NCBI GenBank assembly: GCA_015064855.1
Contig: SVRK01000006.1
Location: forward strand, 6,698-70,697
DNA length: 64,000 bases
From: Oscillospiraceae bacterium
GTDB taxonomy: Bacteria; Bacillota; Clostridia; Oscillospirales; CAG-272
Direction: 5' to 3'
Made by a program: the position numbers and the translations under genes
Notes under the pieces: model-generated
Databases searched by the model: none
What the model was told of the DNA's origin: nothing
The model's input: the letters and a program-made list of their open reading frames with translations, nothing else
Part shown: positions 19,556-29,311 of the stretch, one piece after another
Layout: each line of letters opens with the position of its first letter
How positions within the stretch are numbered: position 1 is the stretch's first letter

Positions 19556-21460
19556 ATGGTTTTTGAAAATTCAAAATGGATTTGGATAGAAAAAACGAGC
19601 GACAAAAACACCTATGGCGAGTTTTTTTCTACGTTTAAGGCAACAAACGGTGCAAAGATTAATATAAGCTGTGATGGCGACTACACCCTTTTTGTAAACG
19701 GGAAATACGTAGCGTCTAATCAATATGGCGACTACGAGCATTATAAGATATACGATACTCTTGATATAAGCGAATATCTAAATGACGGAGAAAACAAGAT
19801 TGCCATTTTGGTTTGGCACTTTGGCGAGGGAAATTCTCGTTATATATTGTCAACTCCCGGCTTGATTTTTGAAATCTACGACCAAAACGGCTTGATTTTA
19901 TCAAGCGATGAAAACGTGCTTTCACGCAAGAGTCGCACTTATAAGAGCGGAGAAATTGCAAGAATTTCCCCTCAGCTTGGATTCGGATTTGAATATGACT
20001 CAACAAACGAGGATGGTTTTCCAAATAGCTTGGGTGATGGTTTTTCAAAATCACAGCTGATAGACAAAAAATGTGAATTTTATAGCCGACCATTTGATAA
20101 GCTTGATGTTGGAAAAATCACAACGACTAAGTGCATAAAATGTGATGGCAAAACACACTTTCTTTATAGCCTTGGTGGGGAAACCGTTGGATTTATTTCA
20201 TTTAATATAAAGGCACAAGAAAAAACAAAGCTTATAGTTGCTTACGGTGAGCACATTGTTGACGGCGGAGTAAGACGATTAGTTGACGGGCACGATTTTA
20301 GCATAAAATATACGGCAAAAGCGGGCGAAAACAAGTTCACAAACTATATGCTCCGCTTGGGCGCAAAATATATTGAGGTTTTTTCGGAAAAGCCAATTGA
20401 GATTGAATCAATAGGAATAATCCCCCATTATGTTCCTGTGAAAAGAAAAAAGACAAGCCTTGTCGGCGTTTGGGCAGAGATATACGATATATGCGTAAAT
20501 ACACTCGAAAAATGTATGCAGGAGCACTACGTTGACTGCCCTTGGCGAGAGGGCTGCCTATACGCATTTGACTCACGCAATCAAATGATGTGCGGATATT
20601 ATGCATTTGAGGGTGGTAACTTTGATTACGCGCGCTCGAACCTTGTTTTGATGAGCAAGGACAGGCGCAATGATAACCTTATGTCAATTTGCTATCCTTG
20701 TGGCATTGATTTGACAATCCCATCGTTTTCACTCCACTATATTTCCTCGGTTCTCGAATATCTTTTATACACAAACGATAAATCGCTCGCTTATGAGGTT
20801 GATTTTAAAATGAAGAAGCTTTTAAGCACGTTTTTAAAGAATCGAAAGAATGGTCTTGTGACCAAATTTTCGGGCAAGGAGCACTGGAATTTCTACGACT
20901 GGTCGCCATATCTTGAGGGTAAAATTTGGCATAGCGAGGAAGAAACAGAGGACGCAACCCTTTCACTTATGGTGATAAACGCATTAAAGGCTTACAAAGA
21001 GATTTGTTCACTTCTTGGTTGGAATTTTGAGTATGATAATGAGCTAAACGAGATTTGCGTGAGAACTAAAGAAGAATTTTTTGATAAGGAAAACTACGTT
21101 TTTACAAACAAAGAAAATCCATTAGAGCCACTTGAACTTACAAATAGCCTTGGCGTTTTGTCGGGGATTTTGGAAAGAGAAGAGGCAGAGGGCGTTTGCC
21201 GACGCCTGATTGATGGCTCACTTATCAAAGCCTCGCTCAGTGCAAGAAGGTTTGTTTACGACACGCTTTTGTCAGTTGATAAGGATAAGTACGCTTCCTT
21301 TATTCTTGATGATATAGAAAAGAACTATAAGATAATGCTCGACCAAGGGGCGGATACCGTGTGGGAAACCATAGTCGGAATAGAGGACTTTGGCGGAGCA
21401 GGTAGCCTTTGCCACGGGTGGAGCGCTATACCAGTATATTATTACAATATTCTAAAATAA
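19556..21460 (+). CDS. GH78 alpha-L-rhamnosidase family protein
   Basis: KWIW start, DCPWRE, GADTVWE and SLCHGWS motifs. Confidence 0.8.
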   Translation: MVFENSKWIWIEKTSDKNTYGEFFSTFKATNGAKINISCDGDYTLFVNGKYVASNQYGDYEHYKIYDTLDISEYLNDGENKIAILVWHFGEGNSRYILSTPGLIFEIYDQNGLILSSDENVLSRKSRTYKSGEIARISPQLGFGFEYDSTNEDGFPNSLGDGFSKSQLIDKKCEFYSRPFDKLDVGKITTTKCIKCDGKTHFLYSLGGETVGFISFNIKAQEKTKLIVAYGEHIVDGGVRRLVDGHDFSIKYTAKAGENKFTNYMLRLGAKYIEVFSEKPIEIESIGIIPHYVPVKRKKTSLVGVWAEIYDICVNTLEKCMQEHYVDCPWREGCLYAFDSRNQMMCGYYAFEGGNFDYARSNLVLMSKDRRNDNLMSICYPCGIDLTIPSFSLHYISSVLEYLLYTNDKSLAYEVDFKMKKLLSTFLKNRKNGLVTKFSGKEHWNFYDWSPYLEGKIWHSEEETEDATLSLMVINALKAYKEICSLLGWNFEYDNELNEICVRTKEEFFDKENYVFTNKENPLEPLELTNSLGVLSGILEREEAEGVCRRLIDGSLIKASLSARRFVYDTLLSVDKDKYASFILDDIEKNYKIMLDQGADTVWETIVGIEDFGGAGSLCHGWSAIPVYYYNILK

Positions 21461-21535
21461 AAGGGACGGCATGCGCCGTCCTTTCGTTTGTAAAAAAAAT
21501 AAAGGGTGTCGCAAATGCGACACCCTCTTTGGTTA

Positions 21536-23170
21536 TTATTCCTCGTCGTCCTTAACCTTCTTAGACTTAACAATCATAGAAGCGTCAGCTTCGAGTGCTT
21601 TAATGAGCTTCTTTGAAAGAAGCTCTTCTGTTTCTGCGTAAGGGAATGCCTTAACGTAGTCAACTGTTTTAGCCTTTGGATCTGGCTCAATGCCAAATTT
21701 AGCCATTGTGATGGCAACGATTTCCTTTGCTTTACGGAGTCCCAAACCACTCTTAATCTTTAAGAGCATTGGAACCTCTGCAAATATCTTTGCATCAATT
21801 GCATCGTGGTGGTACTTGGATTTATCAAATTCCTCAGGGTCAAGAGCACAGTATAGACAAATTGTCTTACCGCGAAGCTTAATCTTGAATAATTGGTCTC
21901 TGCCTCTGCCATAGCTGTCAAACTTCCAGCTAATCTTTGTCTTAACTCCCTTGTAAGAGAGAATGTGGTTCTTTAATTCACTATAAAATTCTTTAACAGA
22001 ATCTTCGCTTTGAATTAAGTTGGCAGTAAAGCTACGGCTATACTTAATTTCAATTTTATTTCCTTCATTATCAAAGTATGTAGGAATAATAGTAGGAGTA
22101 ACCTCGCCAACGTCTTCAATAACTGTTTCTTCAACAGCGGAGTCGTCAACAACTGTTTCTTCAACAACCGGCTCTTCAGTTGTTTGCTCAACAACATCTT
22201 CAACAGTAGCTTCCTCGACAGTAGCTTCCTCAGCTACAGGCTCTTCAACTACCTCTTCAACTACAAATTCTTCTACAATAGGTTCTTCAACAATTTCTTC
22301 TTGAACAGCCTCTTCGCTTTCTTCGATGATTGTTTCTGCAACAACGTCTGCTTCAGCAGCATCGTCTTCTAATATGGAGTAGAGTTGAATTGTAAATACA
22401 GACTCTGCGTCGCCCTTTTCAACAACGGCTTCGCCATCAGGTGTAACACCCCAACCGACAAATTTTTGATTTGTGTCGTAGGAGTTAGGAGCATCAAGAC
22501 TGATATAGTGGGACTCCTTGTAAATTACCTTGTCGGTTTCGCTATCATTAAAGATAAGCTCAACAATAGCGTCGTTGTTTATTGATTCGTTGCTTGCTTT
22601 TGCATCATCCTCGAAAATAGGATATAGATTGATAGCAAACACCGCACTAACGTCACCGCCCTCAAGGACAGCCTCGCCACCCTTTTCAAAGCTCCAACCG
22701 TTTGTGTTCGGATTTTCTGGGAGAACGTTATTAATCTTGGTTGTTGAAACCTTGAAAATCTCTTCGCCCTTTTCATCTATATAGTTGAACTGAACAAATA
22801 CACCGTCCGCCTTCTTTTTAGCAGCCTCAAGCTCCTTCTCATCTGCCCAAATAGCGTAGAGAACAACTGTGTGAGTGAGTAAAAACTCGGGCTCGGAGAT
22901 AATGTTTTGTCCCTCTGGGTCAAGGCTCCAACCAACGAAAACCTTTCCCTCCTTGATAGCGGGACGAACAACCGCCTTTGAAAGCCATGGCTTTTTCTCA
23001 TAATCGATTTCGTAATCGCCCTCGGTGTCAACGTAAACCACTTGACAACGGATTATGGATGCGATAATAGCGGCAATAACACAAACAGCAGCAACTATAG
23101 CGCAACCAATGACGCTGACGTTAAAAATGTCAAGACCAGCGCCAAATAGAATTGTATTTGCAAATTCCAT
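21536..23170 (-). CDS. Membrane-anchored protein: InlB-B-like repeats, E/V-rich linker, conserved basic C-terminal domain
   Basis: N-terminal TM; FVGW..LYAIW-type repeats; acidic repeat tract; YSRSFTANLIQS..YSELKNHILSYKGVK domain. Confidence 0.65.
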   Translation of the reverse strand: MEFANTILFGAGLDIFNVSVIGCAIVAAVCVIAAIIASIIRCQVVYVDTEGDYEIDYEKKPWLSKAVVRPAIKEGKVFVGWSLDPEGQNIISEPEFLLTHTVVLYAIWADEKELEAAKKKADGVFVQFNYIDEKGEEIFKVSTTKINNVLPENPNTNGWSFEKGGEAVLEGGDVSAVFAINLYPIFEDDAKASNESINNDAIVELIFNDSETDKVIYKESHYISLDAPNSYDTNQKFVGWGVTPDGEAVVEKGDAESVFTIQLYSILEDDAAEADVVAETIIEESEEAVQEEIVEEPIVEEFVVEEVVEEPVAEEATVEEATVEDVVEQTTEEPVVEETVVDDSAVEETVIEDVGEVTPTIIPTYFDNEGNKIEIKYSRSFTANLIQSEDSVKEFYSELKNHILSYKGVKTKISWKFDSYGRGRDQLFKIKLRGKTICLYCALDPEEFDKSKYHHDAIDAKIFAEVPMLLKIKSGLGLRKAKEIVAITMAKFGIEPDPKAKTVDYVKAFPYAETEELLSKKLIKALEADASMIVKSKKVKDDEE

Positions 23171-23424
23171 TTAAAAACCTCCATAAATAACAATATTTTG
23201 ATAGTTTAATTATACATTAGTTAACTTTTTTTGTCAATGTTTTTTTATCCTTTTTTTGAAAAAAATCGCACACTCTGTGCCACTTTTTTTGGTTTTTAGC
23301 CTAAAAACGAATAAAAAAGGCTCGGGGGAGGGTAAGAAAATAAAATTGATTTGAAATTTTGTATTGATTTTGGAGTGGTTATAATGTATAATTATTGTAT
23401 GATTTTATTATTTTGGAGGCATAT

Positions 23425-24666
23425 ATGGTAAACAGTATTATTGAAAAGCTTGGTGCTTACGACAAGGACGTTGCGGACGCGGTTGGAGCAGAGCTTAAAA
23501 GACAAAGACGCGGACTTGAGCTTATCGCATCAGAAAACTTGGTTTCTGAAGCAGTTATGATAGCTATGGGTACTCCTCTCACAAATAAATATGCGGAGGG
23601 TTATCCTGATAAAAGATATTATGGCGGATGTGAGTGCGTTGACGTTGTTGAGAAAATCGCAATTGAGCGCGCGTGCAAGCTCTTTGGCGCTGACCACGCA
23701 AACGTACAACCGCACAGTGGCGCACAAGCAAACACAGCGGTATATTTCGCACTTTTAAAGCCTGGCGACACGGTTCTTGGTATGAACCTCGCTCACGGTG
23801 GACACTTGACACACGGTAGCCCTGTAAATATGTCAGGCTCATACTTTAATTTCGTTCCTTACGGAGTGAGTGACGACGGCTTTATTGATTACGACGAGCT
23901 TGAAAAAATTGCAAAGGAAGCAAATCCAAAGCTTATCGTTGCGGGTGCTTCTGCTTACCCACGTGTAATTGATTTTGAAAGAATTTCAAAAATCGCTAAA
24001 GAGGTTGGCGCAATCTTTATGGTTGATATGGCGCACATTGCAGGTCTTGTTGCTGCAGGACTTCATCCATCACCTGTTCCTTATGCTGATATAGTTACAA
24101 CAACTACACACAAGACCTTAAGAGGTCCTCGTGGTGGTCTTATCCTTTGTCGTGAGGAATATGCAAAGGCGATTGATAAAGCAATCTTCCCAGGCACACA
24201 GGGTGGACCATTAATGCACACAATTGCATCCAAGGCAGTTTGCTTTGGCGAGGCATTAAAGCCTGAATTTAAGACATATCAAGAGCAAATTGTTAAGAAC
24301 GCAAAGACTTTGGCTGACACACTTCTCGAGGAAGGCTTTGACCTTGTTTCCGGTGGTACAGATAACCACCTTATGCTTCTTGACCTTCGTCCATTCAAAA
24401 TCACTGGTAAAGAGCTTGAAAAGCGTCTTGACGAGTGCTACATCACAGTTAATAAGAACGCAATTCCTAACGACCCGGAGAAGCCATTTGTTACAAGCGG
24501 TGTAAGAATTGGTACTCCTGCAGTTACATCTCGCGGTCTTAAGGAAGAGGATATGGTAAAGCTTGGTAAGCTTATTAAGCTTTGTGCAACAGAATTTGAA
24601 ACCAAGGCGGACTACATTCGTGCCGAGGTTACAAAAATCTGCGAGAAGTATCCAATTTATCAGTAA
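23425..24666 (+). CDS. glyA: Serine hydroxymethyltransferase
   Basis: [22 protein letters not shown] and [13 protein letters not shown] motifs; ATG 23425 after GGAGG. Confidence 0.97.
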   Translation: MVNSIIEKLGAYDKDVADAVGAELKRQRRGLELIASENLVSEAVMIAMGTPLTNKYAEGYPDKRYYGGCECVDVVEKIAIERACKLFGADHANVQPHSGAQANTAVYFALLKPGDTVLGMNLAHGGHLTHGSPVNMSGSYFNFVPYGVSDDGFIDYDELEKIAKEANPKLIVAGASAYPRVIDFERISKIAKEVGAIFMVDMAHIAGLVAAGLHPSPVPYADIVTTTTHKTLRGPRGGLILCREEYAKAIDKAIFPGTQGGPLMHTIASKAVCFGEALKPEFKTYQEQIVKNAKTLADTLLEEGFDLVSGGTDNHLMLLDLRPFKITGKELEKRLDECYITVNKNAIPNDPEKPFVTSGVRIGTPAVTSRGLKEEDMVKLGKLIKLCATEFETKADYIRAEVTKICEKYPIYQ

Positions 24667-25115
24667 TGAAGCGTGAATATTCCACAAAGCAGAGAACGGT
24701 TATTTTAAATTTCTTGCGTCAAGCCTCGACCCACACAACCGCAAAGGACATTTTATTGCACCTAAAGAGTCAAAATATAAAGGTTTCATCTGCAACCGTA
24801 TATAGGACTCTTGAAAAGCTTGAAAAAGAGGGCGCGGTTAGAAAAATGTCGATGGGAGATGGACTGGGTGCTTGCTATCAATATACGGAAAGCGCCTCGT
24901 GTCATGGACACTTTCACCTTAAATGTATTGAATGCGGTGAACTAATACATTTAAGCTGTCAGTTCCTTGACGAGATGGAAAAACACATTTTTGACGAGCA
25001 TAGCTTTACTATAAGCTCAGGCAAAACCGTGATTTATGGCAAGTGTGCAAAATGTATGGGCTTAACCGAGGAAGGCAACGATTGCCTCTCTAAAGATAAC
25101 TGTAAATGCCGATAA
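24666..25115 (+). CDS. Fur-family transcriptional regulator
   Basis: TKQR, ATVYRTL, HFHLKCIECG and GKCAKC motifs. Confidence 0.88.
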   Translation: MKREYSTKQRTVILNFLRQASTHTTAKDILLHLKSQNIKVSSATVYRTLEKLEKEGAVRKMSMGDGLGACYQYTESASCHGHFHLKCIECGELIHLSCQFLDEMEKHIFDEHSFTISSGKTVIYGKCAKCMGLTEEGNDCLSKDNCKCR

Positions 25116-25255
25116 AATAAGGCTTTTGGAACAAATTTGTAAAAAAATAAAAATTAGTATTGATTTTTTGAAATGTTTATGTTATAATGTCATTCGCTTA
25201 TGATTATAACGATATTTTAAATTTGCTCGTTGAGGGCGAATGATAGGAGGATTTT

Positions 25256-25591
25256 ATGGGACCTTTAGAGATATTCTATCTAATTGCCGGAATAGTATTG
25301 TTTATTGGTGCTATTGTTTTGGTGGTTATGGTACTTCTTCAAAGCAATTCTTCAAAGGGGCTTTCAGGTACAATCGTGGGCGGTTCTGAAACCTATTTTG
25401 GTAAGAATAAGAAAAAATCAATAGAAAAGAAGCTTTTGATTGCTACTATAGTTGTTGCTATTACATTTTGCGTTTTGGCGCTTGTTGTTTTCGCACTTAC
25501 TATGAATGCAGAAACACAACAAACCTTGTATAATGAGTGGCTTGAGCAAATCTTTGGTTCAAACACGAACATTCAAATCAACGGCAACTAA
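25256..25591 (+). CDS. secG: Preprotein translocase subunit SecG
   Basis: Two TMs with VLLQ..GLSGTIVGG linker; lies upstream of rnr. Confidence 0.88.
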   Translation: MGPLEIFYLIAGIVLFIGAIVLVVMVLLQSNSSKGLSGTIVGGSETYFGKNKKKSIEKKLLIATIVVAITFCVLALVVFALTMNAETQQTLYNEWLEQIFGSNTNIQINGN

Positions 25592-25710
25592 TCTATTAAT
25601 TTAGGTAAGCTTTAATAATTAACCGCTTTGGAAATACTACCAAGGCGGTTTTTTAAAACTTAATTATAAATAAGGAAAAACATATTTTGAATTAACAAGG
25701 GGGTAAATAT

Positions 25711-27954
25711 ATGGATATTAAAAGACTTATCATAGAAACTGTAGAATCCACAAGCTATACACCTCTTTTGCCATTTGAGATGCTTGAGCTTTTTTCGGAA
25801 TATGAAATAAACGATAGTGATTTTTGGCGTGCACTTTCTTCCTTGGAAATGGAATATGAGATTCAATTTACCAAAAAAGGGAAAATTGCCAGCGCAAAGG
25901 AGATGGGCTATTTAAAGGGTGAGTTTTCCGCATCCTCTAAGGGTGCATTTGGCTTTGTTACAACCGACAACGGCGACTTTTTCATTCCGCCTAAATTTAC
26001 AAACGGTGCATATCACGGCGACAAGGTCGTTATCAAAAGAATAGACTATTTATCGAAATATTACGGCAAGGGTAACGAGGCGGAGATAATTGATATAATA
26101 GAATATGGAATAAAGGACGTTGTCGGCACGATAACTATTTATTCAAATGGCAGGCGTCCCGTGGCGTACGTCACCCCCGACAACGAAAGAATTCATTTCA
26201 AGGTTAAAATACCGTATAAAACGCTCATTGACGTGCGTGACGGGTATAAGGTAATTGCAAAAATAAAATCGTACCCGAGGAACGAAAACGACTTTGCAAG
26301 CGGAGATATTGTAGAGGTTCTTGGTGAGTCCGATTCGCTGGAGGGTAACTATAAAGCAATTTTATATTCAAACGGCATAAGCGTATCGTTTTCTCAAGGC
26401 ACGCTTGACGAGGCGGAAAGGGTAAGCCGCGAGCCACTTGATATAAGAAACAGACTTGATTTAAGAAATGAAACGATTTTTACAATAGACGGGGCGGATG
26501 CCAAGGACCTTGACGACGCAATTTCCTTGAAGGAAACAGAAAATGGCTATATTTTGGGCGTTCACATTGCGGATGTTTCAAATTATGTAAGGGAAGGCAC
26601 GTCGCTCGACAGAGAAGCTATTGAAAGAGGAACAAGCGTATATTTTACGGACAAGGTTGTTCCTATGCTCCCAAAATCACTTTCAAACGGCATTTGCTCG
26701 TTGAATGGCGGAGAGGACAGGCTCACTCTTTCCGCGTTTGTCACGCTAGACAAAAGTGGAACGATTTTATCAACCGAAATTAAGGAGTCCGTTATAAATT
26801 CCAAAATGCGTGGCGTTTATTCCGAGCTTAACGATATTTTAGAAAACGGCGAAAACAGTGAGTTTTATCAAAAATACGCACACGTCCTTGAAGATTTTTA
26901 TAAAATGATGGATTTATATAGAATTTTGAAATCCAAAAACGAGCAAAAGGGCGCTATGGAGCTTGAAAGCGAGGAAGCAAAAATTTTGCTTGACGAGGCT
27001 GGGCATCCGATAGATATTATCAAGCGTGAGCGCGGTGAAAGCGAAAGACTTATAGAGCAGTTTATGCTCACTGCAAACGAGGGCGTTGCTACCTATATGT
27101 ATAATGTGGGCATACCGTGCGTTTATCGTGTGCACGACGAGCCGGACAGAGAAAAAATAGATGCGTTTGCTTTGTTTGCAAGAAATTTAGGGGTTGACAC
27201 AAGTCCATTGAAGGCGAAAAACACAATTACTCCAATGCAACTCTCGAAAATTTTAGAAAGCGCAAAGGAAAAAAACTATTTTTCGATAGTTTCAAGCATA
27301 CTTTTGCGTTCTCTTATGAAGGCGAGGTATTCTTCCGTTCAAAAGGCACACTTCGGCTTGAATACCGAGTTTTATTGTCATTTTACCTCACCGATAAGAA
27401 GATATCCCGACCTTACGGTGCATAGAATTTTGAAGTCGTTTTTAAATGGAGAGATTACTGAAAAAACGATAGAAAAATATGAAAAATTAGCTACTCTTTC
27501 GGGGGATTTATCAAGTGAAAACGAGATAAAGGCAGTTCACGCCGAAAGAGAAATTGACGAGCTTTATAAATGCGTTTATATGGCGGATAGAATCGACGAG
27601 GAGTTTGATGCGGTGATTTCATCTGTTACCTCGTTTGGCTTTTTTGCAAGAACGGAAAATCTATGCGAGGGACTTGTTCCTATTGAGGCACTCGGCAATG
27701 GCTTCTATTACGATAAGGATAACTATATGCTCTTGCGCGGAACTGTCAGCTATCGTCTTGGTATGCCTGTAAAGGTCAGGGTATCGGACGTTGATATAGC
27801 GTTAAGACAAATCAATTTTGAGCTTGTAAGGGAAAACGGAAGCAAGGAGCCAAGGCCACGGGCGGATAGGTCTGTTGTGCGAGAAAAAATCGCCGCAAAG
27901 CGCGAAAAAAGAGCATATTCACATAATAAAAAGACTCGCAAAAGAAGAAAATAA
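25711..27954 (+). CDS. rnr: Ribonuclease R
   Basis: TIDGADAKDLDDAI, HIADVS, HFTSPIRRYPDL, S1 domain and basic tail. Confidence 0.93.
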   Translation: MDIKRLIIETVESTSYTPLLPFEMLELFSEYEINDSDFWRALSSLEMEYEIQFTKKGKIASAKEMGYLKGEFSASSKGAFGFVTTDNGDFFIPPKFTNGAYHGDKVVIKRIDYLSKYYGKGNEAEIIDIIEYGIKDVVGTITIYSNGRRPVAYVTPDNERIHFKVKIPYKTLIDVRDGYKVIAKIKSYPRNENDFASGDIVEVLGESDSLEGNYKAILYSNGISVSFSQGTLDEAERVSREPLDIRNRLDLRNETIFTIDGADAKDLDDAISLKETENGYILGVHIADVSNYVREGTSLDREAIERGTSVYFTDKVVPMLPKSLSNGICSLNGGEDRLTLSAFVTLDKSGTILSTEIKESVINSKMRGVYSELNDILENGENSEFYQKYAHVLEDFYKMMDLYRILKSKNEQKGAMELESEEAKILLDEAGHPIDIIKRERGESERLIEQFMLTANEGVATYMYNVGIPCVYRVHDEPDREKIDAFALFARNLGVDTSPLKAKNTITPMQLSKILESAKEKNYFSIVSSILLRSLMKARYSSVQKAHFGLNTEFYCHFTSPIRRYPDLTVHRILKSFLNGEITEKTIEKYEKLATLSGDLSSENEIKAVHAEREIDELYKCVYMADRIDEEFDAVISSVTSFGFFARTENLCEGLVPIEALGNGFYYDKDNYMLLRGTVSYRLGMPVKVRVSDVDIALRQINFELVRENGSKEPRPRADRSVVREKIAAKREKRAYSHNKKTRKRRK

Positions 27955-27974
27955 CTCTAAATTAGAGGTGCTTT

Positions 27975-29051
27975 ATGATAAAAATGAACAAAAGACTAAT
28001 AATTAATTTTATTTTAGCCATAGCTTTAGGCGTGTGCGCGCTGCTTTTGCTCGCGGGCACATCGTCTGCCGTTACAAGCGTTCCAAAGCCTGAAAGAGAT
28101 ACGACAATCTATGTTTATAATGGCGAAGAGCAAGTCTACAAAATTGCAGAAAGCGAATACTATACCGTTGAAAACAACGTAAGGACCAATGCGGGAACAC
28201 AGTACGTAAAAATTTCTCTTGTTGACAAAACAAATTACGTGTGGGCAGATGGCACAACCGACGATATAACAGATTATGCCTTTACGATAGATAAAGCTAG
28301 ATATCCAATGCTCGGTGTGAAATTTGAGAGAAAAACCTTCGTCGCTGACGGAAATAAATATTCTCTTAAAATTGAGGGTGAGCTTCCAGAGGGCATAACA
28401 GTATCTTATTCCGATAACAATCTTCAATCAGAGCCCGGCGTTTATAATATATTTGCCAATTTTAGCGGAGAAAATGAAAACTATTATAAAATACAGGCAA
28501 AGACGGCGCAGCTTGTGATAAGACAACCATCTGTTTCGGGTGCACTCGATAAGGATGGCAAAAACACCGTAACAGCTACCTCTTCAATAGGAATAGCACC
28601 TAAATGGACGCTTTCTATATCGGAAAAGGACTATTCAAAGAGCCCATCACTGATTCAGCGCCTTGGCGACCACGAAAAGCTTTATAACACCTATGATATT
28701 AAGTTTATGAATGGCGACGTGCCAAGACAACCGGATACCGAGGTTGAGCTTACGATAAAGCTTCCCGATGAAATTAAGGGTAAGGATATAAGAATAATTA
28801 ACTTCAAGCCTACGGGAGAAATTGAAGAATTAGAGATTACAAAGAAAAAAGGTACAGTAACCTTCAAAACCGACGACCTTTATGATTTTGCAATAATTTA
28901 TGATGACACACCCGTTGTTTTATGGATTTTAATCGCGGTAATAGGCGGAGCTATCGTGTTAGCTGGCGGAGCGATAGTCGTTATGATGATAAAGGCGAGA
29001 AAAAAGACCGCAAATGAAGAAGAAAACAAGACTGTAAAAAAGAAGAAATAA
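27975..29051 (+). CDS. Cell-surface protein (MBG-like repeats, C-terminal TM anchor)
   Basis: Signal peptide, YNGEEQ..TNAG repeats, C-terminal TM and Lys-rich tail. Confidence 0.65.
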   Translation: MIKMNKRLIINFILAIALGVCALLLLAGTSSAVTSVPKPERDTTIYVYNGEEQVYKIAESEYYTVENNVRTNAGTQYVKISLVDKTNYVWADGTTDDITDYAFTIDKARYPMLGVKFERKTFVADGNKYSLKIEGELPEGITVSYSDNNLQSEPGVYNIFANFSGENENYYKIQAKTAQLVIRQPSVSGALDKDGKNTVTATSSIGIAPKWTLSISEKDYSKSPSLIQRLGDHEKLYNTYDIKFMNGDVPRQPDTEVELTIKLPDEIKGKDIRIINFKPTGEIEELEITKKKGTVTFKTDDLYDFAIIYDDTPVVLWILIAVIGGAIVLAGGAIVVMMIKARKKTANEEENKTVKKKK

Positions 29052-29311
29052 TATAAAAAACGAGTGAGATGAACAGCTTGCTCGTTTTTTATATTGAAAA
29101 TACACAAAAAATGCAAGGAAATATCTATTATTATATGTTGAAATATAAAAAAATAGATTAAATTGAAAAAATTTAAAAAAAATATTCCATTTTTTTGAAT
29201 ATTATGTTATAATACCAATGTGCGCGTATAAATAATTTGTGAACAAATTGCAAATTACATCACCGCGACATAAAAATTAGTTAGTCAAATATTTATATGG
29301 AGGTACTTTAA

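Noticed and set aside
25256-27954. smpB missing after secG-rnr, and tsaB missing before rimI
   Set aside because: Gene order varies among Clostridia, and absence from one window is uninformative.
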